Assembly: GCA_013239625.1 (NCBI GenBank) | Contig: MU054323.1 | Coordinates: 19,114,819 to 19,178,818, forward strand | Direction of reading: 5' to 3' | Length of the DNA: 64,000 bases | From: Lama guanicoe | Lineage: Eukaryota | In this document: positions 1 to 12,580 of the stretch, piece after piece | How positions within the stretch are numbered: position 1 is the stretch's first letter | Layout: each line of letters opens with the position of its first letter | Program-made: the position numbers and the translations under genes | The notes under the pieces: model-generated | Databases searched by the model: none | What the model was told of the DNA's origin: nothing | What the model saw: the letters and a program-made list of their open reading frames with translations, nothing else

Positions 1-689
1 CCCTAAGAACCTTCATTTTATCTGTCGCCTTTGGAAGTTCAAATGACTGTACTCTTGACTGTCCTATTGGCCTGTTGTTGAGCCCCCAGATTACAAAAGA
101 TGTGAACTGTCATCTTGTCTATGAAAAAGAAGCTAATTCTCTCTAGAGAACAGGGAGGCTAAAATCCTGAGACAGATGAATGACAGTAAAAGACCGATTT
201 GCCCTTTGTGGTAAACTGACAAAGAGACCTGAGAGATAACCACAAATTCTCAAAATAGCAGAAGTGACATTGGCGAGGAGGGTTGCAGGAGGAGAGATGT
301 TCTCAGTGAGGTTAGGTTTGACAAATGATGTTCTTCAGCCTAAGTCTATTTTCTATAGCATGCGTTTCTGACAATTATTTATTATTTTTATTTAGCAAAT
401 ACATGGCTTCTAATATTTTTGTATTGATCACTTGTCTCTCAACACTTTTTCACTGAGAAGTCCCTCATACAGTTACATGAACAGAAAATCCATACTTACA
501 TCCAGAAACACAAAATACAGTCCAGTGAACATTCCTTATCACACAGACGTGCCGAGCACATGATTTGGATACGTCTCTGTCTGAAAACAGGAGCAGTAAC
601 AGGCTGAAGAGGAGTGGAAGATTTGAGGAGGGGGAGAAACATTACAAAAAATAATTATAAAAGCAAAGGAGAACTAAGAGTTAAATAGA

Positions 690-1200
690 GCTGCGAAGCT
701 AGGAGGGGTGCTGAAGATGTTTTGGTAAAGGTCATAACAAGGTCCTTCGTCCCTTAATTTCAAGGATGAAGTAAAACATGCGCACCCAGGTAGAAGAGCA
801 CATCACATAGAAGGGGAAGTCAAAGTGGTCTCAGATTTCTTACCAATAACCCACGATTCCAGAAATAATGTCTACAGGGCAGCCCAAGAAGGCCATATTC
901 GCTCAGCTGCCCTTCATCTCTAAAGGAGACAGAAAGATATTAAGTAAAGCAGAACTGTGAGAAGACAATAGAGGTCATTCTTAGCCAGTAAAATTGTTAC
1001 ATAAAAAATGGAACATGAAAAAAGATCTGAATCTATATAAGATGCTCAGGAATAGAAGAATTCTGGAGGAAAGGATGGGGCTGAGTGTTTAACCCATCTA
1101 GAGAACCAGTTTTTAAGGACTCCAATATTTTCATGCTAATTTCATGTAACACTAGACTGATATTTAGAAAATAGCGTGTCTATGGTGAAGAAACTATTTG
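690..1200 (+). mobile_element. Ancient L1M/HAL1-like ORF1 fragment, highly degraded
   Basis: Purine-rich stretch with L1 ORF1-like motifs (catcacatagaagggg...tctcagatttctta...aaggagacagaaagatatt). No intact ORF. Confidence 0.4.
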
Positions 1201-2189
1201 ACAGTCACCAAAATTTTAGTTTCATTTCAGTTTCTTCTCTTCACCTAAATATAAGGCTAATAATCAAATATCTCTTTTTTAAATAATGCTGTCATCTGAA
1301 CCTGTATTTGTGCTGCTTTCTTCTTTCTCATGTTCATCTCTGTCCTTAGCGTATCAGCATGCCTGGGACCATCTATACGAAGTGCAAATGGCACTTCCTT
1401 CAGGGTGGTGTGGTACTGTTTTCTGTTGACTCTGCCTGCATGATTGATTTTTTTAATATCAAGTATATATCGTTTTTACAAGTTCTTTAAAAAGGGAGAA
1501 ATTATACACGATTTTCTTGTTGAAAGTATATGAATAAAATCTAAGGAAAGAAATTTTTACAAAAGATACTCAGTACAGTTTAGGGAGCCAGATGGTGTTG
1601 TAGTTAAAGCTTATACCTTTCTTGGGTTTTTTTTAAAAGCGTATCTTTTGGTAAATCCTCCACTCTGTTGGTATCACACATCTGTGCAGTACACGGTTGT
1701 CTTGCAAAAATCCTGTGTCTTGGACTCCATCTTGCTTTGTAACAGCCTAAATGCAGAGGAGGATTGAATTACAAATGGAGGCACTGAGAAGTTCTGCACC
1801 TGCCATATCACTGATTTTAAAATGTCAACTTGACTTTCATGTGTAAAACTAATAGACAAGCAATACATTTCTCTCTCTCTTCTTCAGTACATAAAATGTT
1901 TACTGTCTACAAGTCTTAGAAATTTTTAAAGTTTTGCAGTGTTACAAACTCAAACTTTTAATTTCTATAAGGTAACACTACAAATAAACTTGGCCCTTTC
2001 CTGGTCTTTGCTGATAGATTTAGCATTTCCAGTTCCCTAGGTGCAGTTTGCTAAGCTGTAGGGAAAGTAAGACCTGAAGGAACACCGCAAGCCACCATCA
2101 CCTTTTTCCTAAAACACCCCATCACTTGAGGCTCTATACATAACAGCACCTTACACTTACACGATGCCAGCAGTTTTGTTAAGATCTTT

Positions 2190-2350
2190 ACAGACAATAA
2201 CATACCTAATCATCACAGTCATTCCTAGAGGTTGGTTTATGCAGATGAAAAAACCCTGAAGGTTAAGTAACCTGCCTTATGTCCCAAAGCTAGTCAGTGT
2301 CAGAGCTGTGACCTGAACCCGGGAAGTCTGGCTCCAGAATTTATTTATAC
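2190..2350 (-). mobile_element. MIR SINE
   Basis: Reverse-complement MIR core: gcagatgaaaaaaccctgaaggttaagtaacctgcc...gacctgaacccgggaagtctggctccaga. Confidence 0.8.
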
Positions 2351-3769
2351 TGCTCATCTGATACCCCATGGGGGTAAATAGCCTAAGTAATTCATAGCCT
2401 TATTCCTACTTTCATAATGGGTGGAATAGCCCTATGAGTATCATTTCCATGAAGAATATTCTAAGACTAATATTATGAACATCCTTTAAAACTGAGACTA
2501 TTCCATAAAGGGAAAGTACTTACTGACTGGTGGCATGGACCACCATACTTAGTGTGTTTACTCTTTGAGGAATACTGTTTGTGGGGTACACTTGTGTGGG
2601 CGTTGGGGGGGATTTGTAATTAAATGAACATAAAAGAGAGAGGCAGATGCTCCTGCACGCTGTTCCCTGGGGTCACATTGACTGTGTCATTGATACGCTA
2701 ATGATCATGAGGATGGATGTTCTTAACATCTTTATAGGAGGCAAGGATGTGATCAGATAAGGAAAAGAACACAAATGTAATGAATAAGAATATTAGCAAC
2801 TAGCCTGATGTCGGTGTGAATCAGGAAATAATAGTCTCAGTAAAGAACAGGCCTTGGATATTTGTTTTTATTGCATAGCACTTAGGATTATTATGAGACA
2901 TTGCAACTTACGTTTCTGTTGCCAGCAGCATTTGTAAAATTGACAGTTTTACAGGGAGGATTGTGAGTAGCTATAAAAATACTATTTTCCTGTAGATAAA
3001 AGTTGATTCTGATTTCCATCAACCCATGAAACATGGTTTAGGGTTCAGTCGAAAGTGTCAGAAGCAATAGTCTGATATCCCATCTTGGTTGTTGAATCTT
3101 TAAGGATATGCAAGTATCGGACTGTGCTTTCTTAGAGCCCAAGTTCCTCCATGATAGTGAGGTAAGAACCTAGAGAGAATTTATTCTTTCAGTTCTTTAG
3201 GAGACCATTTATTTCATTACTAAAGCCGTGAAGGTTTAAATATAACAGATCTACCAGCTCCCACTGAACAGCACAAACACGCAAATTTTATAGTGGGCAC
3301 TTTGGAGGTGACAGGAAATGCAAAGTGCTATGGTTCAGTTTCTGGCAAAAAAAAATATTTTTGACGCCAACAGAATATGAATGTTACGCATCTGCTTCAT
3401 CAGTATGATCATTAACATGTTTCATATATGCAGCGCCTTCTCAGAGGGTAAAAGCTCCTTGAAAAATTTTGAGTTATACTTCTGTGTGTTTACTCTAGTT
3501 TACTTGAGATAATAGAAGAAAATAATCCATAAGGAATACGTTTTTAAAAAATAAAGGATATGGAGAGTAGTCAAACGTGTCTGTATGTTAGATAAGTAAG
3601 CATTACTTCTGTCATCTAAAAAAATGGAGTACAGTGAAAATTGCAAAAAAAAAAACAGCACTAGAGTTTGCAAAGAAGATAATGGAATACAAAGGAGAAA
3701 GAGAAAAGGAGGAGACTGTGTACCATTACATTAAACAAGATTTTATTTATATTTATATGAAAAATGGAT

Positions 3770-3960
3770 GCTGAGACCCTACATTTACTAGGTATATTTT
3801 TAGTGCTTGAAATATATCTGTGGAATAAAACAGATAAAAATTAGTCTTTATGGAGCTTGAATTTTAGCAAGAGGAGACAGGAAATAATAATAGTAATGTG
3901 TAGAACATTGGGAGGTGATAAATTGTATGGCAAAAATAGAGCAAGACAAGAGGTATGAAA
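3770..3960 (-). mobile_element. L2 LINE 3' fragment
   Basis: L2-like ctaggtatatttttagtgcttg...aataaaacagataaaaa...tttatggagcttgaattttagcaagaggagacag. Confidence 0.6.
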
Positions 3961-4287
3961 GAACTATGAGATTAAGTACCTAGGAGTGACAGTGACTATA
4001 GGAATGTACATAATAACACTTTCTATAGAATATGCATAAATAAAAATCACTTTTAGAGGGTCTCCATGAAGTTGTGCTATGAAGAATAACTATATACTCT
4101 CAGAAAATAGATAGGTTGAAGGGTAGACTTTCTAATTTCACCCTTGAAGTGTGTCCCAGTCAAAGTTCTTTGGGTATCAGAAAAAGGGGCAATAAAAATA
4201 GAATTTTTTTTTAAGAATAAGAGACTCAAAGAGCAGGGACTGAAAACTGGGATATCATCAGGGCACAAGGGTTCTTTTTGTTGTTGT

Positions 4288-4320
4288 TTCCACATCATTA
4301 CCAGCACTTGTTATTTCCTG

Positions 4321-4418
<98 letters not shown>

Positions 4419-4740
4419 CTTTTGTTCCTTTCTTAAAGCTAGTACTTAGGGAACCCAAGATGGTTTGCATTTCCCTGATGATCAGTGACACTGAGCACCT
4501 TTTTATGTTCTGGTTAGCCACTTGGATATCTTCTTTGGAGAAACGTCTAATTGCTCATTTTCAAAGTTGGATTATTTGGGGATTTCTTGCTATTGAGTTT
4601 GCATTCCTTACACATTTTGAGCATTAACACCTTATCAGATACGTAGTTTGCAGATATTTTTTACTACTTGGTAGGGGTTTTTTGTTTTTCATTTTGTTGA
4701 TGGTTTCTGTTGCTGTGCAGAAGCTTTTTAGTTTGATGTA
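4288..4740 (-). mobile_element. Older L1 (L1MA-like) ORF2 3' part
   Basis: Minus ORF 4258-4521 contains [19 protein letters not shown], the L1 ORF2 C-terminal motif. Interrupted by poly-T. Confidence 0.85.
4324..4423 (+). repeat. ~100 nt poly-T homopolymer
   Basis: Directly visible, with only three non-T interruptions. Confidence 0.95.
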
Positions 4741-7040
4741 GTGTATTTTGTGTACTGTGTGAGGGGGCATGCTAGTTTCATTGATTTACATGTAGCTGTC
4801 CAGCTTTCCCAACACCACTTGTTGGAGAGACTGTCTCTTCTCCAGTGTATGTTCTTGCCTCCTTTGCCATAGATTGATTTGACCATAAGTGTGTGGGTTT
4901 GTTACTGGTCTCTCTATTCTGTTCTATTGATCTATAGGGTTTTTTTCATGCCAAAAATCACACTGTTTTGATTCATATACCTTTGTAGTATAGTCTGAAA
5001 TCTGGAGAGGTTATACCTCCAGCTTTGTTCTTTTTCTTCAGAATTTCTTTCACAATTCTGGGCCTTGTGTGGTTCCATATAAATTTAGGATTGTTTGTTC
5101 TAGTTCTGTGAAAAATGTCATGGGTATTTTGATAGAGATCACATTAAATCTGTAGATTGCCTTGGGCAGTGTGGTCATTTTAACAATACTGATTCTTCCA
5201 ATCCAAGAGCATGGGATATCTTTCCATTTCTTTAAGTCATCTTTAATTTCCTTAATTAATGTTTTATAGTTCTCTGCATATAAGTCTTTCACCTCCTTGG
5301 TCAGATTTATTCCTAAGTATTTTATGTTTTTTAATTTGATTTTAAAAGGGATTATTTCTTTACTTTCTTTTCCTGCTAATTCATTGTTAGCCTAAAGGAA
5401 TGCATCTGATTTTTGTATGTTAATCTTGTATCCTGCTACTTCGCCGAATTCTTTTATCAGCTCTAGTAGTTTTTGTGTGGAGCTTTTAGGGTTTTCTATA
5501 TATAGTATCATGTTATCTGCATATAGTGAAAATTTACTTCTCTTCCAATTTGAATCTATTTTCTTTTTCTTGCCTGATTGCTGTGGCTAGGAATTTCAAG
5601 ACTATGTTGAATAGAAGTGGTGAGAGTGGGCATCCTTGCCTTGTTCCAGATTTTGATGGGAAGGCTTTTAGTTTTTCACCATTGAGTGGGTTTGTCATAA
5701 ATAGCTTTTTTTATGTTGAGACATGTTCCCTCTATACCCACTTTGGTAAGAGTTTTTATCATAAATGGGTATTGAATTTTATCAAATGCTTTTTCTGCAT
5801 CTATTGAGATGATCATGTGATTTTTGTCCTTTGTTTTGTTGATGTGGTATATCACATTGATTTGCACATGTTGAACCATCCTTATGTCTCTGGGCGTTGG
5901 GTTCATTCAGGCTCCATTGCCCTTGAGTGGATGCCGTCTCTCAGAGCAGGTGAGGCCTTTTCAGTCACAGATGACCTATGTATCTCCCATGTAGATGTTT
6001 GAGATTCCACTCAGAAACAGCCCAAGCTTGCATGCTTTTCTCTGTTGTGCTCATCCCAGATCTGATGCTGTGCAGTGGTGTGGTGTAGGATATGGCTGGG
6101 GGTCGGGACATTGTGGCTGCAGGATCTGAGGTGGCTATGCCACTACCTGAGATTTGCGCTGCCTCTGTGGCAGTCTCATCTCTGGAGTCGTGTGCTCCAG
6201 CTCTTGTGCTAAGCTGAAGTGTGTCGTGGGTAGAGCTGGGGCACTCTTGCTGGAAGATGAAGGCTGTGTACCCCTGAACATGCTGACAGTTGAGATTTCT
6301 GCCTTGCCCAGACCACACCCCAGGCCCTCAGGCTTTCCGTCCATAGCTAGGTGAGTTCTCTTCCAGGGCCTGTCTGCCTGGGATTCAGTGCTTAGCCACT
6401 GTGTGCTCTTGTGGTGCCACCCCATGAGCATGCTGACAGTGGCCTTTGTGGCTTTATCTGGATCACATCCCAGGCACACTGGTCTGTCTCTTCATGGCTA
6501 GACTGAGTCTTTGCCCAGATATCATGCCAGGCTGGGGTGTAGAATGAGCAGGGCCAGGGTGTTTGCCCCTTCAGATTGGAAAGTGCAGCGAGGTGGCAGC
6601 CTCCAGTGCAAGGCTCTCTCTACCCTGATTATTGGCAAGCCAGTTAGGCTATACACCTCAGGAGTAGAGTCCAGGCCTCTCTAGCCTTTCTGTCTGTCTC
6701 AGCAGTGTTCCTAGCAGGAAAGGGGCCTTGATTCCTCTATGCAGGACCCAAGGTCTGGAATGCCCAGATCGTGGTTCAGCCTGCTTACTCCCCATGGCAA
6801 AGATCTGCCCATGCAGGCCTTCCCTTCTTGATAGATTCCTCCCTGGGGCACAGGCCCTTTCCTGATGCTATGTTTTCCCATGCTACCCAGTTATGTGGAG
6901 ATCTTTATTGCAGTTTGGTTGTATAGGAATTCTGCCTCTTTGCAGTTAAATTTCCGTGAGAAAAGTTCCACGTGTAGATGTATTTTTGATACATTTGTGT
7001 GGGGAGATGAGTTCTCTGCCACCATCCTGACCCCCTTCTC
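4741..7040 (-). mobile_element. Cetartiodactyl-type L1 with internal deletion: ORF2 RT region (4741-5890) fused directly to the 5'UTR (5895-7040), nested in an older L1
   Basis: ORF2 peptides [33 protein letters not shown] and [20 protein letters not shown]. 5895-7040 aligns by eye with the L1 5'UTR at 61230-62240. Confidence 0.88.
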
Positions 7041-8205
7041 GTACCAGAGTCTTTTAATTACTATATCTTTGTAGTATAGTTTGGAATTAGGAAGTGTGAT
7101 CCCTCTTGGTTTGTTTTTCTTTCTTGGGATTGCTTTGGCTGTTGCTTTTGTGATCCCTAATAAATTTTAATTTGTTCTAGATTTGAAGTAATTCCATTTG
7201 AAATTTGATAGAGATTGCAGTAAATCTAAAGATGACTTTGGGGAGTATGACATTTTAACAATATTAATGTTTCCAAATTATGAACATGAGATAACTTTCA
7301 TTTGTGCCTTCTTCAGTGTCTTTTATTAGTGTTTTATAGTTTGCAGTGTAAAGATATTTAACTTTTTGGTTAAATTTATTCCTAAGTATTTTAGTATTTT
7401 GATGCTACTGTGAATGGAATAGTTTTATTTCTTTTTCAGATACTCTATTTTTAGGGTATAGAAATGCAACTAATTTCTATATGTTGATTTTGTATCCTGC
7501 AACTTTTCTATATTCATTGATTAATTCTATCTGGTTTTTTTTTGGTATAGTCTTTTGAATTTTCCACATATAAGATCATATATCATCTTATATGCAGAGA
7601 CAGTTTTACTTCTTCTTTTTCATTTGAGATGCCTTTTATTTCTTTTACTAGCCTAATTGCACTGGCTAGTACTTCCAGTACTATATTGAATAAAAGTGCT
7701 AAGAGTGGGTGCCCTTGTCTTGCTGCTGATCTTAGAGTAAAAGTTTTCAACCTTTTACTATTGAGTAAGAAGTTACCTGTGGGCTTGTAATATATAGGCT
7801 TTATTATTAAATTTACTGTGTTGAGGTACATTATGTCCATACAGTTTTTGAGAGTTTTCATCATGAATGGGTGTTGAATTTTGTTAAGTGCTTTTCTGTA
7901 TCTATAGAGATGATCATATGATTTTTATCTGTCTTTCTATTCGTGTAGTGTATCACATTTATTAATTTGTGTATGTTGAACCATCCTTGCATCCCAGGGT
8001 TGAATTCTACTTGATCATGGTGTGTTATCCTTTTACAATGCTATCAAATTCAGTTTGCTAATATTTTGTTGAGAATTTTTGCATCTGTACTCATCAGCGA
8101 TATTGACCTATAGTTTTTTATTCTTATGTTATTCTTATTTGGCTTTAGTATCAAGATAATGCTGGCCTCATAAAATGAGTTTGAGAGTGTTGCCTCCCTT
8201 TTTTT
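7041..8205 (-). mobile_element. Older L1 (L1MA-like) ORF2 RT fragment
   Basis: Peptides [23 protein letters not shown] and [37 protein letters not shown]. Confidence 0.88.
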
Positions 8206-8231
8206 GGAGCTGAAGGGAATCATATTAAGGG

Positions 8232-8452
8232 TTTTCTTCCTTCCTTCCTTCCTTCCTTTTCTTTTTCCTTTCCTTTCTTTCCTTCTCATTTCCTCCTCCT
8301 TTCCTCCCTTCCTCCCTCCCGCTCTTTCTTTGCTTCCTTCCTTCTTTCTTTCCTTTCTTTTTCTTCCTTCCATCTTTCCTTTCTTCCTTCTTTCTTTTCT
8401 TCCTTCCTTCCTTTTTTCTTCCTTTCTTTCCTTTCTTTTCTTTCTTTCTTTC
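8232..8452 (+). repeat. (TTCC)n/(CTTT)n polypyrimidine tract, probably the decayed poly(A) tail of the adjacent PRCC retrocopy
   Basis: Visible low-complexity tract starting immediately 3' (on the minus strand) of the PRCC poly(A) site. Confidence 0.85.
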
Positions 8453-8979
8453 TTGTCAGACTAAGTGTTTTATTTCAACAGACATCCTTGGTTAAAAAGA
8501 TAAGTTGGCAGAGAGGAGGTTCAACATTTCATCACACCCAACAGTGAGCAAAACTTCCATCCAAGAACTCAGAGTCCCTTCTGAGGCATCACTTGAGTCT
8601 TTATTATGTCTAAGACAGAAATAAGCTGAATCTTCTAATTTTCACTAAGAAAAAAATCTATCAAATATATTCATTCTTGCCGAGGTAAGAGTTGGGTCCT
8701 TAGGGAAAGATATTCTGGGCTTAGAACAGCTGGGTCTCAGAAGTGAAGTTGGGGGCTGACAAACTGGGCTGCAGGAAATCCTAGGAGCAATCAGTTCCAC
8801 AGTCCTAGAAGCCACATTTCGCTTGGGTCTGCTTGTGGCTGAGCTTATCCTCAGACCAGGCGTTCTTCAGTTCCAGCTCCCAGCTCCTTAGCTTGATGAA
8901 TCAGATATGTGACCTGGTGTTTCCACTGCCTCTGTCCTATTGGCTGCTCACCTTTCTTTCTGAAAGACTTCATGATTTT
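8453..8979 (-). pseudogene. PRCC: 5'-truncated processed pseudogene of PRCC (C-terminal coding end plus full 3'UTR)
   Basis: Minus strand reads MKSFRKKGEQPIGQRQWKHQVTYLIHQAKE/[+1 frameshift]/ELELKNAWSEDKLSHKQTQAKCGF* (stop 8805-8807). This matches the recalled PRCC C-terminus MKSFSKKKGEQPTGQQRRKHQITYLIHQAKERELELKNTWSENKLSRRQTQAKYGF*. The 3'UTR ends ...gatgtctgttgaAATAAAacacttagtctgacaa (signal 8469-8474). No introns. Confidence 0.92.
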
Positions 8980-9329
8980 GTTTGTTTTTTGTTTAATTTT
9001 TGGGTTTTGGTGATACTCATGTTTTTTACTTCTGTATGTTCGGAATTTTCTAAAATAAAGTTTATCTTTTTTAAACTTTCCCCACTCCACTCCACCCCCA
9101 GCTGCTAGACGTACACTGGGCCCAGGACAAGAGCAAATAGGAGATGCTGGACGTTACCTGGGAAGGAGAGGGCAGTGAGGTGGTGAGGAAGGCACCAGCT
9201 GTTCAGGCCAGCAGGACTGGGCCCTCCTTCCCATGTTACAGAGACCCAGGGACTACTAGATCAGGTGCCCAAACCTAGGAAACAGAGCCAGGGCAAACGA
9301 GGGTCCGTTCAGGGTTCCAATCCTAGATA

Positions 9330-9532
9330 ATACGGTCTACGTGTAGCCACTCTTTACCCTTCTAATGTAGCCCCTCTTGGTCTGTGTGGTCCAGAGTGGG
9401 TGTTTTAGTCCCACCCGAGTTCTGGTGTTTTCACAGTGGTGTCTTGTCTATGGAGGCTTGCTCGTTGGCCTCTTGTGAGAGGGACTGAGGTTCAGGGGAC
9501 TGTTTTGTCACTGTCTTGATGCTGTCACTCCA
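9330..9532 (-). mobile_element. L1MA-like 5' terminus
   Basis: ttctggtgttttcacagtggtgtcttgtctatgga...cttgtgagagggactgagg...gtcttgatgctgtcactcc resembles reverse-complement L1M 5' ends. Confidence 0.6.
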
Positions 9533-12399
9533 GTATTGGTACTGTTATTCAGAACTGTTGTTTTTATTTTGTGGCACAAAGAAAGTGAGTATCTATGTTG
9601 ATTTCTTTGAGACTAAGATTTTGGGGATGAGATAAATTAGATTCAGTTGAGGCTAAGCAAAATCTGTAATAATGAATTTAGAATCAAATAATCAGCAACA
9701 ACTCTTGATGTATTTTATCTTTAAAAACACAGATGTTTTACTTTTGACCACTAAAAAGGTATGGAAACAATATCAAACCCAGTAGTAAATGAACACAGCC
9801 ATTGTCCAGAGTGAGGGAAGTAACCCTGGATGGAAGTCAAGTGTGATAAATAAGTACTTATAAAAAGAGAGGTGTCTTGCATTGATCATTGATGAGAACG
9901 TAAGTCAAACTGAGGATTACGATGTACTGAAACCTTTGAAATTGAGGTTCCACAAAAAAACAAGATGCAATGAAGCAAAAATAAAAACACTTGGCCTGCT
10001 TACTCAAAGGCTAGTTCTACCACTTCATCTCTACTAGTATCTTGTTTATTTTGTGGTGACCTCTTGACATCAGCAAATGTGGTCCTAGAGAGCACTTTAT
10101 CTAGAGGTGGGCAAGTACCTCCATTCTTTGAAGGAGAAGAGGGTTTAGAGAAAGTTATTCCTATTCAGTATAAAGTTACAGTAGTTACAGGAAGAAGCAC
10201 TTGTTCTGGGTTGCATCTTGCTTGCTTCATTATTTTGACTGAAATTATTTGGGAATGTGATACAAGGAGTGGCTTCCAACTTTTTGGAACATTGAAAAGA
10301 TCTAGGAAACTAGTGATGCCAATCTTCAACCCTTGGTGTTGGCTTAAGAAATGATTACAAGAACTAACCTCTCTCACATTTGTTAAGTGAGAAAAAGAAA
10401 AATCAACGCTCTAGTGCAGGCTGCTCTTGCTTGTCTATTTTCTCACACAAGAACAAAGCCTTTCCTAACTGATAAATTTGCCATTGTATAAAATCTATGT
10501 TGAAAAGAAACACTGCCTGTTGGTTATCAGTGCTACATAATCAGCTATACTAGTGGTGAATATTCTGAAATTGTTTCCATTGGGGTTTTTTACTGCTGTG
10601 GTGTTGGTTTTTCCTGAATGTTTAACTCTGTTGTAGGAACTGGACGATCACTAGGTGAGGGTGCTGGATGGGGGGATGATGTGTCTCAGCCCAACTATTT
10701 TGACCCCAGCACCAATCAAAGTAACACTTTGTTTTCACATTAGCCTTGTTCCTATTTGAGCATTCTTCCTCCAGCCCAGTAATGTGCTGTGCTTGGATTA
10801 GGCAAAGGACAAGGAAAGCTCTGATAACCTTCATTAAAGGTAATAGAATATATTAATTATTTTCCTGGACTCTTGGAAACATTTGTCCTTAAACAGTGAG
10901 TAAATTCCTCAGGGATGAGCAAGACATTTCAGGGGAGAAAATTTAACCTTAATTTTAGCTAGTGAAGGCCACTTGGTATAGTCTAAGAGTCATTTGCTAA
11001 GAAGTACCCTGGAGGTATCAAAGCAGTAATTTTCTTCATAAATTGTCTGAATTCCTCTCTTAAGTGTATGCAGCCTCTCTAAATTAAAGTAATAGCTCTT
11101 AACCTTTCATGGGGTCATCTTTTAGAATCTCTTTAAAATGTGAGCATCCTTTTAGAAATAAGCACATGTGTATTTCTAAAAATACTGTGTAAAATGTCGG
11201 AGGGTGCACAAGGTCAATGTTTTACAGATTCTATAGCCACCCATTTTTCTTTTCTCTATCTCACATAGTAGTCATAGTGACTCATCAAGGGTTGTAATAT
11301 ATCCTGAACTTTTTTGACCCCCTACCCTTGCCATGATCTTTCAATAATTACAAATGCCAGGGTTGTTAACTCTGATAAACCGAGAGCATTTGGTAAGTGC
11401 TCTACTGGCTGTGCATGATTCAGACAAGCTACAAAAGACTCCCCAGGGCAGCAAATCTATGGTTGTAGTTTCAGATGGGCAGTAAGACTCATGAGACCTA
11501 AAAAGGCAATATTATCTAATAATATAGGAATCTAATACAATAGCTAATTAGCTTTTTAGCAGAATACAAAGCAGAAAACACAGGAAGTACAATACCTTCA
11601 TCTCATTAAGAGGCCTGACAGGTAACCAAAAATGCAGCTTCTTTTGCCTCCTTACCGTTATGGGGCATATATGGTTGCTACGATTGAGGACCAAAGAATG
11701 TGAGGATCACCTTGACCTAAAGAAAGCCATGGCTCCTTTACCCACCAGTTTTATATGCCGTGCATCCCCATTCACAGCTCTCCCTACCCCACACCACAAA
11801 GGAGGCATAAACAACATTCTTCGTTTGTCTTAAGTACCGTTTTCAAGGGAAACTTTTCAAGCAGCACTGAGTCAGCCCAGGCCTAACGTTAGCCCTTTAT
11901 TCACACTGCCCTTTAACTTCTAAGAAATTCTAATGTTAGATTGGCACACTGGGATGAATCAGTACCACGGTGCCAAGCCTAATTTCGTGGGAGTTTACAG
12001 TGCAGTGTGGATTATGAAATGACAGTAAATTATAGTAAACTGTGGAATGCAATCAGTAATCTAAGAGATGCCTAAGTCAGATGCGTCAGTTTGATTCTGT
12101 TGAAGCTGAGGAGATATCATTAACCCTTCATGGAGACAACAGCATTTAAAGGGGGTTCAGAAAAGAGGATAAAGTTGTCTGAATTTTACACAGTGGTCAA
12201 ACATTTGGCAGAGATGCAACTTCTTTATACATAGGTGGTCTTTCATTTATTGATGTGGAAATAAATCAGTCCCACAGAATTCCCTCAAAAATACGTCTAG
12301 TCTATGGAGCAAGCATTAAATTTTAAAATGTCTTCAGTATGTCTCCAGTATGACGTTGAAGGAGAGCATCAGGAGGAAAACTGCCTTCCTCATGGACCT

Positions 12400-12580
12400 A
12401 GTGCGTATCAGGCACTGTGCTAAATGACATACAAATGCTATTTTAATTACCTCCAACTTCATAACAATTCTGTGTGGTTGATATTCTGTCCATTCAAGAG
12501 TCAGGGCCATTGAAATAATCTGCCCAAACATTCATATCTGGCAACCAGTGGAGCCAGGATGTTAACCAAGGTCTAATTGA
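12400..12580 (-). mobile_element. MIR SINE
   Basis: tcaggcactgtgctaaatg...cttcataacaattctgtg...aataatctgcccaaac...gtggagccaggatgttaaccaaggtct. Confidence 0.7.

Noticed and set aside
3105..3161. Possible 57-nt coding exon (tttaAG|DMQVSDCAFLEPKFLHDSE|GTaaga)
   Set aside because: Splice signals are plausible, but the peptide is not recognised and no partner exons were found. Such matches are expected by chance in 64 kb.
4144..4521. Poly-Phe and poly-Lys ORFs (also 8050-8464 and 59004-59300)
   Set aside because: Artefacts of homopolymer or low-complexity tracts within L1s.
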